Assembly: GCA_002269645.1 (NCBI GenBank)
Contig: NIVC01004372.1
Coordinates: forward strand, 1 to 48,156
Origin: Macrostomum lignano
Taxonomy: Eukaryota
Direction of reading: 5' to 3'
DNA length: 48,156 nt
The first letter of the stretch is position 1. Every line of letters starts with the position of its first letter. Positions 11,058 to 24,699 of this stretch are shown in pieces. The notes under the pieces were generated by a model that saw only the letters and a list, made by a program, of their open reading frames with translations, did not search any database and was not told the DNA's origin. The translations under genes were made by a program, and so were the position numbers.

Positions 11058-13653
11058 CCCAGGCGTGCATGTACAGCAGCACCGCCAGCAGCGCTACAAA
11101 GATCACGAAGACCACAGCGGCCAGGCACAGCAGCAGCAGCAGGTTGCGGTCCGCCTGGGCCCGCTGCGTCCGACCGCCCGCCGCTCCGCCGTCTTCGCCT
11201 CCGTGGGCGTCTTTGCCGTTACTGACGCCACCGGGACCGCTGCCAGCGACACCGGAGCGAGCTGCGTGCGCCGCGTCGACAATGTGCACTAAGGTGTCGT
11301 GGCGGCTCTCCAGCGGCGGCTGGCCGCAGTCCCTGGCCAGCAGGGTCAGCCGAAAGCGCCGACCAACTCCGCGTTTGAACGGCCGAATCAGCGTCAACAT
11401 GCCGTGCGTCCGGTCGATGCTGAAATGCGTACCGCCCCCGTCAGCTTCAATGGGAACGCTGAGCTCCTTCTCCTCAAGGCTGTAGACGATGGTTCCATTG
11501 TCGCCAGCGTCGTCATCGCGTCCTCGCGCCTGCGGCAAAAGCTGTGTGCCGGCCGGGCTGGCGGCGGACAAATTGTGCACCCGGCTGAGCCCCTCAAGTA
11601 TCGGCCAGTTGTCATTGACGTCCAGCAGCGCGATGGTGACCTGGGCGGAAGCGAAAGCGTTCGCGCCGACCGCCTGAACCTCCAGCAGGAGCGTCTCCTG
11701 CCGCTCCCGGTCGAAGTTACCTTGGCCCATCAGCTGGTTGCCCTCGAAGGAAAAGTGGATGTCGGTGGACGACTGGCGGTTGCCGACTTTGTAGCGAATC
11801 TCGGCGTTGGCGCCCGAATCGGCGTCCGTGGCGGTCACGGCGCCGATGAAGCGCCGGCTATAGTTAGCGCCGAAATCTTCGACAATGTGAAAGCTGTACA
11901 CCGGAGGCTGGAACACCGGCGGCGAGTCGTCGACATCCTCGATAACAACCTCAACGGAGGCGGTAGCCGAGAGAGAGTCCGCCCTGCCATCGTTGTCGCT
12001 CACAATCACAGCAAAGTTGTAGCGGCTGCGCTCCTCGCGGTCGAAGGTGACCCGGGCTCGAATCTCTGCTCGGCCACGACCGGTAGACTGGATGCTGAAG
12101 AACTGCCGCCCAGCCGCGTCCAAGTCAAAGCGCAGCGGCGCCGTCGGGTCGTCCGGATCGTCGGCACGGACGTGCCCAACAAAGGCGTCCAGCGGGTTGT
12201 TCTCGGACAGCCGGTAACTGTAGAAGCTCCGCTCCAGGTGTGGTGGATTGTCGTTCACGTCGGTGATCCTGACCGTCAGCTGGTGAGGAGTGATCTTCGG
12301 CGGCGCACCGCGGTCGGTACAGCTAATGTCAACGGTGACCTTCCCGGCTGGTGAGGCCTCCCGATCGAAGGTGACGCCGTTCGGCTTGCGCAGCTCGTAG
12401 ATGGTCATCCGCCGGGCTTGGTCGCCGGCTGGGACACTCGGCAACGGCACGCGTACCAACCGGAATCGATCGGACGGCGTCGCCTGGCATTCCACGGTGC
12501 CGTTGTCGCCAGCGTCAGGATCCGAGGCCATCACCTGGGCCAGCGTCAGCTCTCTACCGTCATTCTCTGTCAAGCTGACGCCGGCGTCGCCGTCGACCCC
12601 GCCGATCTGGATAGTCGGGTAGTTGTCGTTGCAGTCCGTGAGTCGGACCGGCACCTCGATCTCGGATCGCAGCTGGCCGGAGTCCTCGGCCACCACCGGG
12701 ATGAAGAACGACCTCTCTGCCTGGTTCTCGTAGTCCAGCAGTCTGTTCTGGAGCAGGAAGTCGCCGGATATGTAAAACGTGGTGGCGGCTTCTTTACCAG
12801 CGGTGGGCGCGATAGAATAGACGATGCGCTCGTTCAGATCGGGGTCCACTGCTTGCAGTCGCATGAGACAGCGGTGCAGCCGGTCGCACTCCGAGATCGT
12901 CACAGTGGCAGGTGCCTTCGGCCAGCTTGGCGGATTGTCGTTGGCGTCCTGCACAAGCACGCTGATGTCAAGCCGGGCCTTCTCGTCCGGGAATCCAGCG
13001 TCGCTGGCCAGCAGCTGTAGGCTGTAGCGGTCTCGGGTCTCCCTGTCCAGGGGTTTCACCAGCTCCAGCTTCGGGGTCAGCTGCTGCCGGCTGGCCGATT
13101 GAGCAGCCAACCGGAAGTGCGCCGAGGACGCTGCATCGCCAGGCACCAGCTCGTACACAGTGCGACGATGCTCCTTGGCACCGTCCTTGTCCTCCGCCGC
13201 TAGCAGGGAGTACAGCGCCCCAGCCGAAGCCGACTCGCTAATGTTGACAACAAATTTGCCGGTCTTGAACTGCGGCCGATGATCGTTGACGTCTCGCACT
13301 AGGAGATGGACTTGGTAGAATTTTCCTGCACTGACAACAAATTCCAGCTTGCAGCTCTCATGCTGACCGGGACACAGTGTCTCGCGGTCGAGCCTGGCTT
13401 TCGTGGTGATGAGGCCGCCAACTGGGTCCAGTCTGAGCAGCTTTTTCTGCAGTTTGGTCAAGAATGGCGCATTGAACTTCGTGCTTTCGGGCAAGCCGAG
13501 GCGCTGGCTGAGACTGCCGATCCGAGTGCCCGGCGGGACCTCTTCGTCCGTCTGGAACTCGGCGGGCTCAGCATTGGTGAAGGTAGCCGCGGTACAAGCT
13601 GATGTTAAAAGTAGCAGCAACGGCAGCTGCAGCACGAGGAGTTGACAGCGCAT
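11058..13653 (-). CDS. Protocadherin exon 1: signal peptide, 7 cadherin repeats, transmembrane helix
   Basis: Signal peptide MRCQLLVLQLPLLLLLTSACTA; EC1 with EEVPPGT and LDRETLC; repeated DRE/DYE, DxND and AxDxD Ca2+ motifs; TM LLLLCLAAVVFVIFVALLAVLLY; donor TGGG|GTGAG at 11057. ATG 13653 preferred over the ORF-track start 13905. Confidence 0.93.
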
Positions 13654-15107
13654 CCAGCAGAGCAGGGCGGTGGCTGGCTGGGTTCGAGTAGTTGACGCGC
13701 GCGGCTGCTCTGTCAGTTTTTCTGGGATGACAAAGCGCCGCCTCGCTTCAGGGACGCTTTTTGATCCGGCCAGAGGCCGCTCGCCATTGGTTGGCCGGCA
13801 AGGACCAATGGGCTTCAAGGTCTCGGCGCAATTTGAGAGAGAATTAATTGTATTATCATCTTTTAATCTGATTGATAATAAACAGTTTTCTTTAGCCCAG
13901 TTCATGTGCCTCTAAACCTTGACTAATTGTAACATTTATGCCGTTTATGCCATTTATGCAAGAATTAAGAAAAATGATTCCTTAGTTTGCACAACTAGTT
14001 AGACCGCCATTAAATTGCATGGCTGATGTATAAATTGACGAAAGCTGAAGCTCAAGCCGTGTTGACCAAAGCAAGATTTGGTCTCCTCTTTCGATGGCGA
14101 GCGGTCCGCAGTATGCAGCTCTGTTAGCCATCGTTTTGGATTTGAAATTGAGACGTCAATTTATCTTCAAAGAAGACGCCTTGCTGCGTCAACGGATCGA
14201 ATAATCGAATTACTTTGTGATGATGAGCACTGTCGACTTTGACTGCCTCCCCAGAGATGGGATTTTCTATGATTCCACACTTATTGCACTACCGGACCAA
14301 GTTGTCAACTCCCTTTTACAGTTTCCCACCAGCGATTTGTACTACCATACAATGAAATGCATTTGCAGTGCCATTTAGCTCGACCATGAGAGCACTGCAC
14401 CATGAGAGACTGGCACTACATCATCGGCAGAAGACAATAGCTGGAGTCGGTGCTTCGATCCATTAGATTAAATACAGCCGGCAGGCAGACACGATTGAAT
14501 GAAGACACAGGATTAGCTCACCTCTGTCTAGAGCTGAGGAAAAGAGGGAGAGCGATGTAAAGGTGGGGGCCCGCATTGTAAAGCCCCTCCTTCTACTGCC
14601 ATCCTGCCCCCAAGCCTCCTCCCCTGCCCTGGCTTTTTGTATGCCAATAATACGTGTTAAGCCAGGGCCGTCAAAGCGCGCCGCTCAACACCAGCCTCCA
14701 AAACTATAAGCAGCAGCTGCATCTGCTAGGCATTCTTGCACCCCTTCCCCAGCCCACCTCACGCGGCTCTGAGACATGTCAGACTGGTTGGCGCCAATCA
14801 TTTAGCTGCCACACAAGCGCCCAGTCCAGTTGAGCGGCTAATAATCCATGCTGAAATTCTCGCAGAGGGAGAGCAACGCGCGGCATACGTGCTAAGCTCA
14901 CAATGATTATCCCATTGTCATATCTTGTCGATGGTGCCCGATAGACTGTCCTAGTGTCTGATCCGACACTGTTTTAGTCTTGTCGCTGTGTGCGGTCATG
15001 GTGGATGTGGGACTGGTAGTTGCGCATATTCTTAGCGGGTTGGCATGCGATGCATGTAGCCCTGTAGGGGGGGGGGAGCTCAGGAGTTGAAGGGTGGGTC
15101 TATCATT

Positions 15108-15826
15108 GGGCTGTCCACGAGGCTATCTATGGGTTTATCTATGGGGCTGCTATCTATGGGTCTATCTATGGGGCTATCTATGGGGCTATCTATGGGTCTA
15201 TCTATGGGGCTATCTATGGGTCTATCTATGGGTCTATCTATGGGGCTGCTATCCATGGGTCTATCTATGGGGCTATCTATGGGGCTGCTATCCATGGGTC
15301 TATCTATGGGGCTATCTATGGGGCTGCTATCCATGGGGCTATCTATGGGGCTGCTATCCATGGGTCTATCTATGAGTCTATCTATGGGGCTATCTATGGG
15401 GCTATCTATGGGGCTGCTATCTATGGGTCTATCTATGGGGCTATCTATGGGGCTATCTATGGGTCTATCTATGGGGCTGCTATCTATGGGTCTATCTATG
15501 GGTCTATCTATGGGGCTATCTATGGGGCTATCTATGGGGCTGCTATCTATGGGTCTATCTATGGGTCTATCTATGGGGCTATCTATGGGGCCGCTATCTA
15601 TGGGTCTATCTATGGGGCTGCTATCTATGGGGCTATCTATGGGGCTGCTATCTATGGGTCTATCTATGGGTCTATCTATGAGGCTATCTATGGGTCTATC
15701 TATGGGGCTATCTATGGGCCTATCTATGAGGCTATCTATGGGTCTATCTATGGGGCTATCTATGGGAATATCTATGGGTCTATCTATGGGGCTGCTATCT
15801 ATGGGCCTACCTATGGGGCTATCTCT
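15108..15826. repeat. Compound 12/15-bp minisatellite (CTATCTATGGG[G/T] and CTGCTATCTATGGGT)
   Basis: Direct tandem repetition with interspersed 3-bp CTG insertions. Confidence 0.95.
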
Positions 15827-16208
15827 GTGACTACCTATGAGGCTATTGGCGCAGTTCTGGAACTGCTCATCATGTGTTTTTTCTTGTGTTTCAGCATCTA
15901 GGGACAAAGTTGCTGCCATAATTCAATTCAGTCGCAAAGTTGGGTGTTTAAAAAAGCATTGTGGATCCTTGCGCGTGAGATTTGGCTTAACAAACTTTTC
16001 TTTCACTCTCAGGCCACGTCAAATCAATTATTCAGTTGGCCCAGCCATTCCCGACTCCTGGAATAGGGAAATTTGCATTTTTTAAGAAAGAAAATAGAGA
16101 AATTAAGGCTGCACTGCGCTCCAATCAGCCTGTCTTCTAAAAACAACTTTGAGGATAAAGTGAACGTGACTTTGTTTGCCAATTAGCTTTTTGGAATTTT
16201 ATAAATAA

Positions 16209-17142
16209 AATAGAATGGATTGCTAATCTAGCCAACATAATTGATGAAGAATAGAATGGATTGCTAATCTAGCCAACATAATTGATGAAGAATAGAATGG
16301 ATTGCTAATCTAGCCAATATCATTGATGCAGAAATAGAATGGATTGCTAATCTAGCCAACATCATTGATGAAGGAATAGAATGGATTGCTAATCTAGCCA
16401 ATATCATTGATAAAGGAATAGAATGGATTGCTAATCTAGCCAACATCATGAATGCATGAAGGAATAGAATGGATTGCTAATCTAGCCAACATCATGAATG
16501 CATGAAGGAATAGAATGGATTGCTAATCTAGCCAACATCATGGATGAAGGAATAGAATGGATTGCTAATCTAGCCAACATCACCAAGGAATAGATTGGAT
16601 TGCTAATCTAGCCAACATCACCAATGAAGGAACAGAATGGATTGCTAATCTAGCCAACATCACCAATGAAGGAACAGAATGGATTGCTAATCTACCCAAC
16701 ATCATTGATGAAGGAATAGAATGGATTGCTAATCTACCCAACATCATGGATGAAGGAATAGAATGGATTGCTAATCTAGCCAACATCATTGATGAAGAAT
16801 AGAATGGATTGCTAATCTAGCCAACATCATTGATGAAGGAATAGAATGGATTGCTAATCTAGCCAATATCATTGATGAAGAAATAGAATGGATTGCTAAT
16901 CTAGCCAATATCATTGATGAAGAAATAGAATGGATTGCTAATCTAGCCAATATCATTGATGAAGAAAAAGAATGGATTGCTAATCTAGCCAACATCACCA
17001 ATGAAGGAACAGAATGGATTGCTAATCTACCCAACATCACCAATGAAGGAACAGAATGGATTGCTAATCTACCCAACATCATTGATGAAGAAACAGAATG
17101 GATTGCTAATCTAGCCAACATCACGGATGAAGGAACAGCATG
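16209..17142 (+). repeat. 42-bp minisatellite, left arm (GAAGGAATAGAATGGATTGCTAATCTAGCCAACATCATTGAT), ~22 copies
   Basis: Direct tandem repetition; its reverse complement forms the array at 18305-18883. Confidence 0.95.
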
Positions 17143-17612
17143 GCCCGGTGATTCAAGTCATTATTGACAAAGGAATCGTATAGATCACAAAGCATTTGTT
17201 CAGAATAATAATTTTCTTTGCGAAAGAAGCAGAGATCGAGAGCCAGGCCAGGGCCCTCGATGCAGGAGTTGCAAGCCACGAGTTAATGAGCGATGCCTCT
17301 TCTCACCCTCAGAATTAGAAGATGACACGTGCAAAAATAATCTCTCCGCGAAAGTCAAGAGCATCGCGACTAGTACACTAGACTCAGGAGAGTATGCTCC
17401 TGTTCAAAGAAAGATGCGGATGCTGGATGATGAAGCTCTTTAGAGCGGCCCAGGGGTCAGTCTTGCCCGAGCAAACACGGGTCTATAATGGTGAGAATAA
17501 AAAGCAAAATAATTATAATTTTGCCTCTAATAATTATGTAGACTGATTGGCCTGACCTGCCCGAGCAGCCGCAGCATCCAGCAGCGATGGCAGAACTCAA
17601 AGACAGTCAACG

Positions 17613-17904
<292 letters not shown>

Positions 17905-18304
17905 GCACAGTTCCCTAACTTCAAACAGTCTAAAAGTATCGATAGGAAGATGGAAATGGCGGCTTTCTGGTGCAAGGAAGCCGACACAGCTCTACTTATC
18001 TTTTTTGTGACAAACTTTCCTATTTGTTAGTTCTAATTTAATTTGCCCTGTTAAAGCTAGAACAGAGAGAGAGAGAGAGAGAGAGGGAGAGGGGTACAAA
18101 GTAAGCTGCAGGATCTTAAAGGGAATACTCTATAGCACTGTGACATGTCTCACCTTAGCACTTTCCTCGGCAGACCCACTTTTGATTATTCGAGTTTCAG
18201 GAAAGATTCGAACCCTGTGCTATGGCTTCAAACAAAGTCGGAGTTGTTTGAGATTGAGTTGACTACTCAATCGAACAAAATTTTGAAGAGTCCTTTTGAA
18301 GAAT

Positions 18305-18883
18305 GTTCCTTCATGGAATGGGTTGGCAACCCATTCTATTCCTTCATTTATGATGTTGACTAGACTAGCAATTCATTCTATTCCTTCATCAATGATGTTG
18401 GCTAGATTAGCAATCCATTCTATTCCTTCATCAATGATGTTGGCTAGATTAGCAATCCATTCTATTCCTTCATCAATGATGTTGGCTAGATTAGCAATCC
18501 ATTCTATTCCTTCATGCATTCATGATGTTGGCTAGATTAGCAATCCATTCTGTTCCTTCATCCGTGATGTTGGCTAGATTAGCAATCCATTCTGTTCCTT
18601 CATCAATGATGTTGGCTAGATTAGCAATCCATTCTATTTCTAAATCATGTTGGCTAGATTAGCAATCCATTCTATTCCTTCATTGGTGATGTTGGCTAGA
18701 TTAGCAATCCATTCTATTCCTTCATCCATGATGTTGGCTAGATTAGCAATCCATTCTGTTCCTTCATCAATGATGTTGGCTAGATTAGCAATTCATTCTA
18801 TTCCTTCATGCATTCATGATGCTGGCTAGATTAGCAATCCATTCTATTCCTTCATCCATGGTGTTGGCTAGATTAGCAATCCA
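18305..18883 (-). repeat. 42-bp minisatellite, right arm (inverted relative to 16209-17142), ~14 copies
   Basis: GTTGGCTAGATTAGCAATCCATTCTATTCCTTCATCAATGAT is the reverse complement of the left-arm unit. Confidence 0.95.
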
Positions 18884-20134
18884 TTTCATTACTCTGGCTC
18901 ATTATTTCGCACAGAGGGCAGTTCAATCAAGCACCAGATCGGGCCACCTGCCGGGCCGCCACCATTGGGCAGCCCTCCCGGCCCTCAGCCCCTGGGCAGA
19001 CTGTCACGGAGACGCTGGGCTGGACTGCTTCGCAAACGAATCCAGCGGGAAATGAAATTTTTCCCCTCGCTCTCCCATTGCTCTTCTCCCATCCCCAGCC
19101 GGCAGTTCTTGTCCATGCGCCGCGCACGCCCTTTAAGTAGGAAAATTCGGTTTGGTCCAATTTTGTGGAATTCGCGAGGATGGGGCAAGGGGAAACGGAG
19201 CAGATAACTGCGACTGCTGGGCGGATTACAATTAGCCTAAACCGCATTCGGACTGGTGCCGGATTAAGCTCCTCGCGCCCGTTGCGGAGCCCGTTATTCA
19301 GTTAGCACTAGATCTCCCCTCCTCCCCCCCCTGACAACTCGCATCCTCATGCCCCGGGGAGGAGGGAGCTGGGGAGGTGGACATCATTATCTTCCCAATT
19401 GCCCAGCACTGCAGGATGGATGATAATATGAGCTCCTTCAGCTAGTGCAGTCCCAGCTATGCTTCGTCTTTCTCTTTACCAGTGGGCTGAGTATAGGGGG
19501 GCGGCTACACTTCCTGGAGGATCTGGGGGTCTAGCGCCATGGCACTGTATAGTGAATGGGGTACCCCCTGGACTGGGTTGGCACTTGTTCCTACAGTACA
19601 GCCGATAGAGGCGTGGGAGACCGACCGCCAGGTTGAAGAGGGATTTTTTTAATTGCTTTCGTGTGGCTCTTAGCTTTGAGTAGGAGAATTTTTTCGAAGG
19701 CGATGCTACAAAAGTTCGCCTTCGTACAAATTGTATTTTTGCGGTGTCTCCTCTATAATAACTGATTACGAGCTTATAGGGAAAGATTTTCCAGTGCAGC
19801 AATTGAAACTAAACAATAAAAGGACACTAATTTACTGTCGGTTTCAATTGGCGTCAGTTTTTCAGTTTACTTACCTTCTACCAAATGGCTCAAAAATGCA
19901 TGGCCAAAATCCGAATTCTGCTACTCTCAGTAGTCAGGAATTTCTGTGTAATTGATTCAATGACATTCGTGAAGACTTCATTTCTCATGCGACGTTGTTT
20001 CTCTTTTCTATCTATGTGCCAAACTTCCTCTGGATCTGGGGACCCAGGGTCTCAGATTCAATTAAACTTGCTGAAGGCGCGGCTCTCATTTAATCGAAGC
20101 CTTTATTAATAACCAATCACCCGCAAATCACAGG

Positions 20135-20685
20135 ATGCACAAGACAGCTGACTCTGGGAACAAAGACCGGCCAGTGAAGTCGGCCATGAGCTATGGCCAG
20201 CAATCCAGCTCCACGAACACCTCAATGAGCAGCTCGAGGGAGCCCGCCAGGACTCAGTTGGCCACTCAACCGAATGCTGAGAGCCTGAAGGAGTTCAAGG
20301 ACCGGCTGGACAGCACAATCCAGCAGCTGGCCGGCTTGGCAACTCTGCTGTCCGGCAGCGAAGTGGCGACCGGACCTGCCGCCGACACCGCGACCAACGA
20401 CGGAGCCAGACGACGTCGTCAGGTTCCCTGCAACAGCAGCAACCGCGGGGATTCGCTGACGCAGCAGCCGCCTCCAACGAAGCCGGTGGAAACCGGTACT
20501 CCGCCCTGCTGTGTCTGTCGATGCCACGGAGAATCCGCCGCCGCGGGTGCCTGCCAGATGGACGACGCGGCGACAACTTCGGAGACGTTGAAGTCGCTGC
20601 CAATGAGGCAGGCTAATGCTCAGCTGGCTAGTCGGAACGCCACACAGAAGCAGCAGCAGCAGCAGCAGGCGGCGTCTTTAATAAG
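20135..20685 (+). CDS. Uncharacterised protein, probable exon A (low complexity, short helical segment, Cys cluster, poly-Q)
   Basis: 184-codon GC-rich ORF ending ATA AG|GTAAC (phase 2 donor), compatible with the exon at 22010. Confidence 0.5.
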
Positions 20686-22009
20686 GTAACTGTAATGACT
20701 CTGCTATTCTGGTACTGTTAATTCGTAGATCTTAGCCGTTGTTGATTTTCAGTAGTTAAATGTTGTTTTAACCGAACTGGAAAGTGACGTACCGTTAAAA
20801 TCGAAACGAATTTTTATTTTCTGTATGTATATTGAGAACGCGCATTGGGACTTTTTGAAAATTAGGCCAGCAAAATACTTCTGATTTTTCGATTTTCATA
20901 AGCATTGAAAATTCAAAAGGGAAATTAGTAAAACCTGAATGGTTCAACCATGTCAAACTGTACAGTACCGTTAGGTTTTTACAAATTATTTCAATGAAGC
21001 ATATGATTCTATATGAAGTTGGTTTCATGGAAAAGTTTGTATCCAAACCTACAGTTCGGACAGCGGACAGCCTTCGTACATGCCTATCTATATTTTATGC
21101 TTATACCTATGACCTTTGCTGTTAGTAATTTTTTATTATAATTACTAATGGTTTTTTTATTTCATTGAATCAAAATCTGATGCTTTTTTATTACCGATAT
21201 TTGCTAGTGCTGATTTCACAATAAAGGGCCGAATGTTAGGGGACTTACCAGTAAAAAAGCCTACACAAAGATATGTTCAAAATTAAAATTAAAATTAAAA
21301 CCTCAAAAGACAAATATAAAGACTCTATAAAGAACTACTATCCTACCACTTACGAGCTATGTGATAGGTCATTCAAAAGTGCATGATGTACGAGCGTAAG
21401 AACGTACTTTATCGCTTTATCTCCGCGAGCCTAGCCTGGTGAAGTTTATCGATTTTATAGACGGACAATCCCCGGTTTCTTTCTCTGTTAGTCCTTCGAC
21501 GGTAAATTTTAGCCACCTGCCTGTGTGTATGGGGTTGTGGGTGCGGGTTATCGATTTTTTGGTCAATCGTTTAACCCACAACCCCCATTTTCTATCCCCG
21601 TTCTCCCTCTAATTGCTTAAATTTTTGGCCGCCTTCGACAGTGGGGTGGGTGTCGGGGGACTTATCGATTTTAAAGTCAGCCCCGCAAGCCACAACACCC
21701 TTATTTTACGATTTCGGTTAACCAACTTCACCGCTGTAAATTTCTGACTGCCTGACCATGGTGGGTGAGCGCTTAACAGTTTTTAGCTCGTATTAACTCG
21801 CATCGCATCCAAACAATACGAGCTATAGTATCGAGCAGTCGGAGCAGATGACCTAATGCGAGCGCACGACGAGTAGCTATTGCGTGTACACGAGGCTGTT
21901 AAAGACTTGTTGCTGTTCAGCTAACCTTAGTAGTTTTTGCAGTCCAACCAATATTCTCTTTGATAGTTTCTTAAAATTTATACCGACACTACCATTAATC
22001 ATCTGATAG

Positions 22010-22494
22010 GAAGGACCCAGGCCCAGAGGTTCGCAGTCAAGAAGCCCAACAGCAGTCTAATGTCATTCGCTTCCTGTGGTTCGATCCAGTTCGTCGTCGC
22101 TACGCCTCCAGACAGGCTGAGCTGATCTGCGCAAAATCTGTTCGGCGCCTGCACCTGTGCGTGCACTTCTTCCGGGTCTGCGGCGAGGACCTGCTGCTGC
22201 TGGAGAAAGACTGCAGCGACGACGGTCTGGCCTTTCTAGATGTCGACTCGACTGTAGCCTTCGAAGGGCTCAGCGTTGAGAAGGTGCTCCGGCTGCAGAA
22301 GCTCGGCTGCCAGCTGCAGCCGGAGGATCTGTCTCGCGAGTTCGCGGTGGAGAAGGGCTCAAGTAAGTACTACGTGGTGCCGGTGGAGGCAGACGTTGCG
22401 GCCGGTGACTGGAGACTATGCTCCGGTGCCGCTGCTCAAGCCAGGCTTGAGTCACTCCGGCGGATGCTCGAGCAGCGGGGGACTCGGCGTGACG
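22010..22494 (+). CDS. Uncharacterised protein, probable exon B (globular-looking domain)
   Basis: Acceptor CTGATAG|G completes AGG and reads RKDPGPEVRSQEAQQQSNVIRFLWFDPVRRRY...LHLCVHFFRVCGEDLLLLEKD...RRDG|GTGAG; 485 bp stop-free with coding-like codon usage. Confidence 0.6.
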
Positions 22495-23906
22495 GTGAGA
22501 GGTCGTGAGGCTTGCGTGCTCGAGAAAGAAATCACTTGTTCTAAAGCCTATGTTTGGTCTCTGGAATATTTCGAGAGGAAAAGTTTATTGAAAAGATTAT
22601 CAAGTGAAATTTGTGCTATGCGTCAGGTGGAGTCCCTACTTGAGACCAGCAGATATATTTTTATTGTTTCCAGGTAACGATTAGCCACCTGGAAGCGACT
22701 GTTGGTTTGCATTTGCGCTAACATTCTGTCTGAAATATTATTTGCTATTTTGGTCTACTATACTTTTCAGTATACTTTGTACTAACAATCCTTGGCTGCA
22801 GATGGCACCCGTTCTGCATGTCATTTGCTTGTTGCAAATACACAGAGTGAATAAAATGCAAAAGGCAGCAAGCACTAAGAGATCCAAAATTGTTCGGTTT
22901 CAAGTTGTAATCAAAATTCAATGAGTCACTAACAAATAGTACTACCGTATTTATTGATACTGGATTGGATAAAACATTAGCATTGTTGTCTGTGTGTTTG
23001 GCACTGCCTGGAATATAATTTGATTTGATTAACTTAGCTATTTGAATTAACCTGCTGGGTGGTCAGCGACTCCAGCTGGCACGCCACTTTATCCACTCTG
23101 AGCTGTAATATAAGTACACACTGCTCACAGCTGATGCAGGAGAGTTGCTGCTGCAGATGCATCAAACACCCTAACCGCAAAGATTGGCGCTTTCTCGGCG
23201 CTTTGTCGACTGCCTGATGGTCGAAAGTGACATCCCGGATTCCGTCGTCAGCGCGGCTAATGCTTGCACCTTAAGCATTGAGGCTACACATCAAGTAAAT
23301 ACAGAGAAACGAACAACCTGGATGAACAAGGATCTGAAAACTGAAATCACCATGGAGGGTTTAGAAGGTAATAAATCAATCAAACTACGCTAGGGCCCGC
23401 CTAACGCGGCCTATACGCCTAACGCGGCCTATATTCCCGACAGTTTCCCTGAAGAATTTTCTATGAAGCGTAGGCTCATAGTAGAGTAAGTAACCCAGTT
23501 TTATGCTCAAAAAAATCTTCGTAAAAATTGAGTCGATTGTAGCTTCAGTTGTCATTTTGGTCACAAGGATACAGGTTCGAAGAATCCAGTATTCAGAAAA
23601 TGATTGCGTAAGAATTGCGTTAAGTAGTTCTACTCGTCCGAATATCGATTCATATTTTGATCTGAGATGATCTGAGCATTCAGAGATGAATTGATTGCCA
23701 CAGAACTGTTTGAATCATTTCGAACACGAGCATAAACAATAAGTCGCAGGACAACTAACTACTCATCAATCATTTGGCTCAGTTCCTCTTTTACAAAGCC
23801 ATCAACTCTTTCATCAAGAAATGTGTCTCCGTAGGACTTTGACTAAAATTTGACCAAAGATTTCCTAGTTCAGCATGTTTCTATATCCTTGATGCCGACT
23901 CGACCA

Positions 23907-24436
23907 TCACAGACGGCTGCCTCCGTCGCCGACGCCGAAGCCACCGCGGCTGCTGCAGCAGAACTCAAGTAGCGCTGTGAGCATCGCCAGCAGCAAGCCG
24001 GCGATGAGAATCCCGAACACGCCGAGCAGGTTGCCAATGGCCAGCGGCTGCAGCTTTGGGCTGCCGTCCTCTGGGCACTCGCCCTTCTCTATCCACCACT
24101 CCTTGTACTTGCGGTCGAGGTCCTGGCTCTCGCGCAACTGCAAAACGGCTTCGTTGATTCTCTCTCGGAGTTCGTGCCGCTCCTGGCTGATGGCGATTCC
24201 GTAGCCTTTCAAGCTAAACTCCTGCCCGACCATCATGGTGACGCAGGGCTTCCTGTTGTTGGTGTAGATATTGGTCTTGGACTCCAGGATAAAGGCATAT
24301 TTGCCGTCGGATCGGATTACCCGGTCGATGCCTTCGGCTAGAGAGTTGGTGTACACGGATTTGTCGCGTTCCATCAGTTCGAACATCTTTTTGTAGGTGG
24401 GCTCCTCGGAGCGACGGAAGAACTCCTTAGTCGAGC
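23907..24436 (-). CDS. GRIA: AMPA-type ionotropic glutamate receptor, exon 5 (S2, M4, C-tail ending GGSRL*)
   Basis: Acceptor TTTTCTTCGCAG|GC gives GSTKEFFRRS; DGKYAFILES, RKPCVTMMVG, KGYGIA, WWIEKGEC and the M4 helix are GluA-like. Confidence 0.93.
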
Positions 24437-24699
24437 CTGCGAAGAAAAGTTTTTCGAGCTTCTTATTTAAGGCACATAAACACTGCTCACTGTTGTGGTC
24501 TCAGGGGCACAGCAAGCACCTCAGATTGAACTCATATTCAAATATTTGGTAGACTTTTACCTTTTTGATTTCTGCCTCAGCAAACTGTCTGCTAACAAGC
24601 TGTGGGCCTATGCTGCCGCCAGGATTCGTTTCAGTATCCGAAGGCACCCACCACCCTTCTGAATTCTATCAAGATCCACGAACCATGCAACAAACCCAC

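Noticed and set aside
11069-13645. Multiple + strand ORFs (up to 351 aa) overlapping the protocadherin, and similar ones over the iGluR exons
   Set aside because: Typical antisense shadow ORFs of GC-rich coding exons; no recognisable domains.
13654-13905. N-terminal 84-aa extension of the protocadherin ORF in the track
   Set aside because: The signal peptide starts at Met 13653; the upstream part is AT-rich and non-coding-like, probably UTR or intron.
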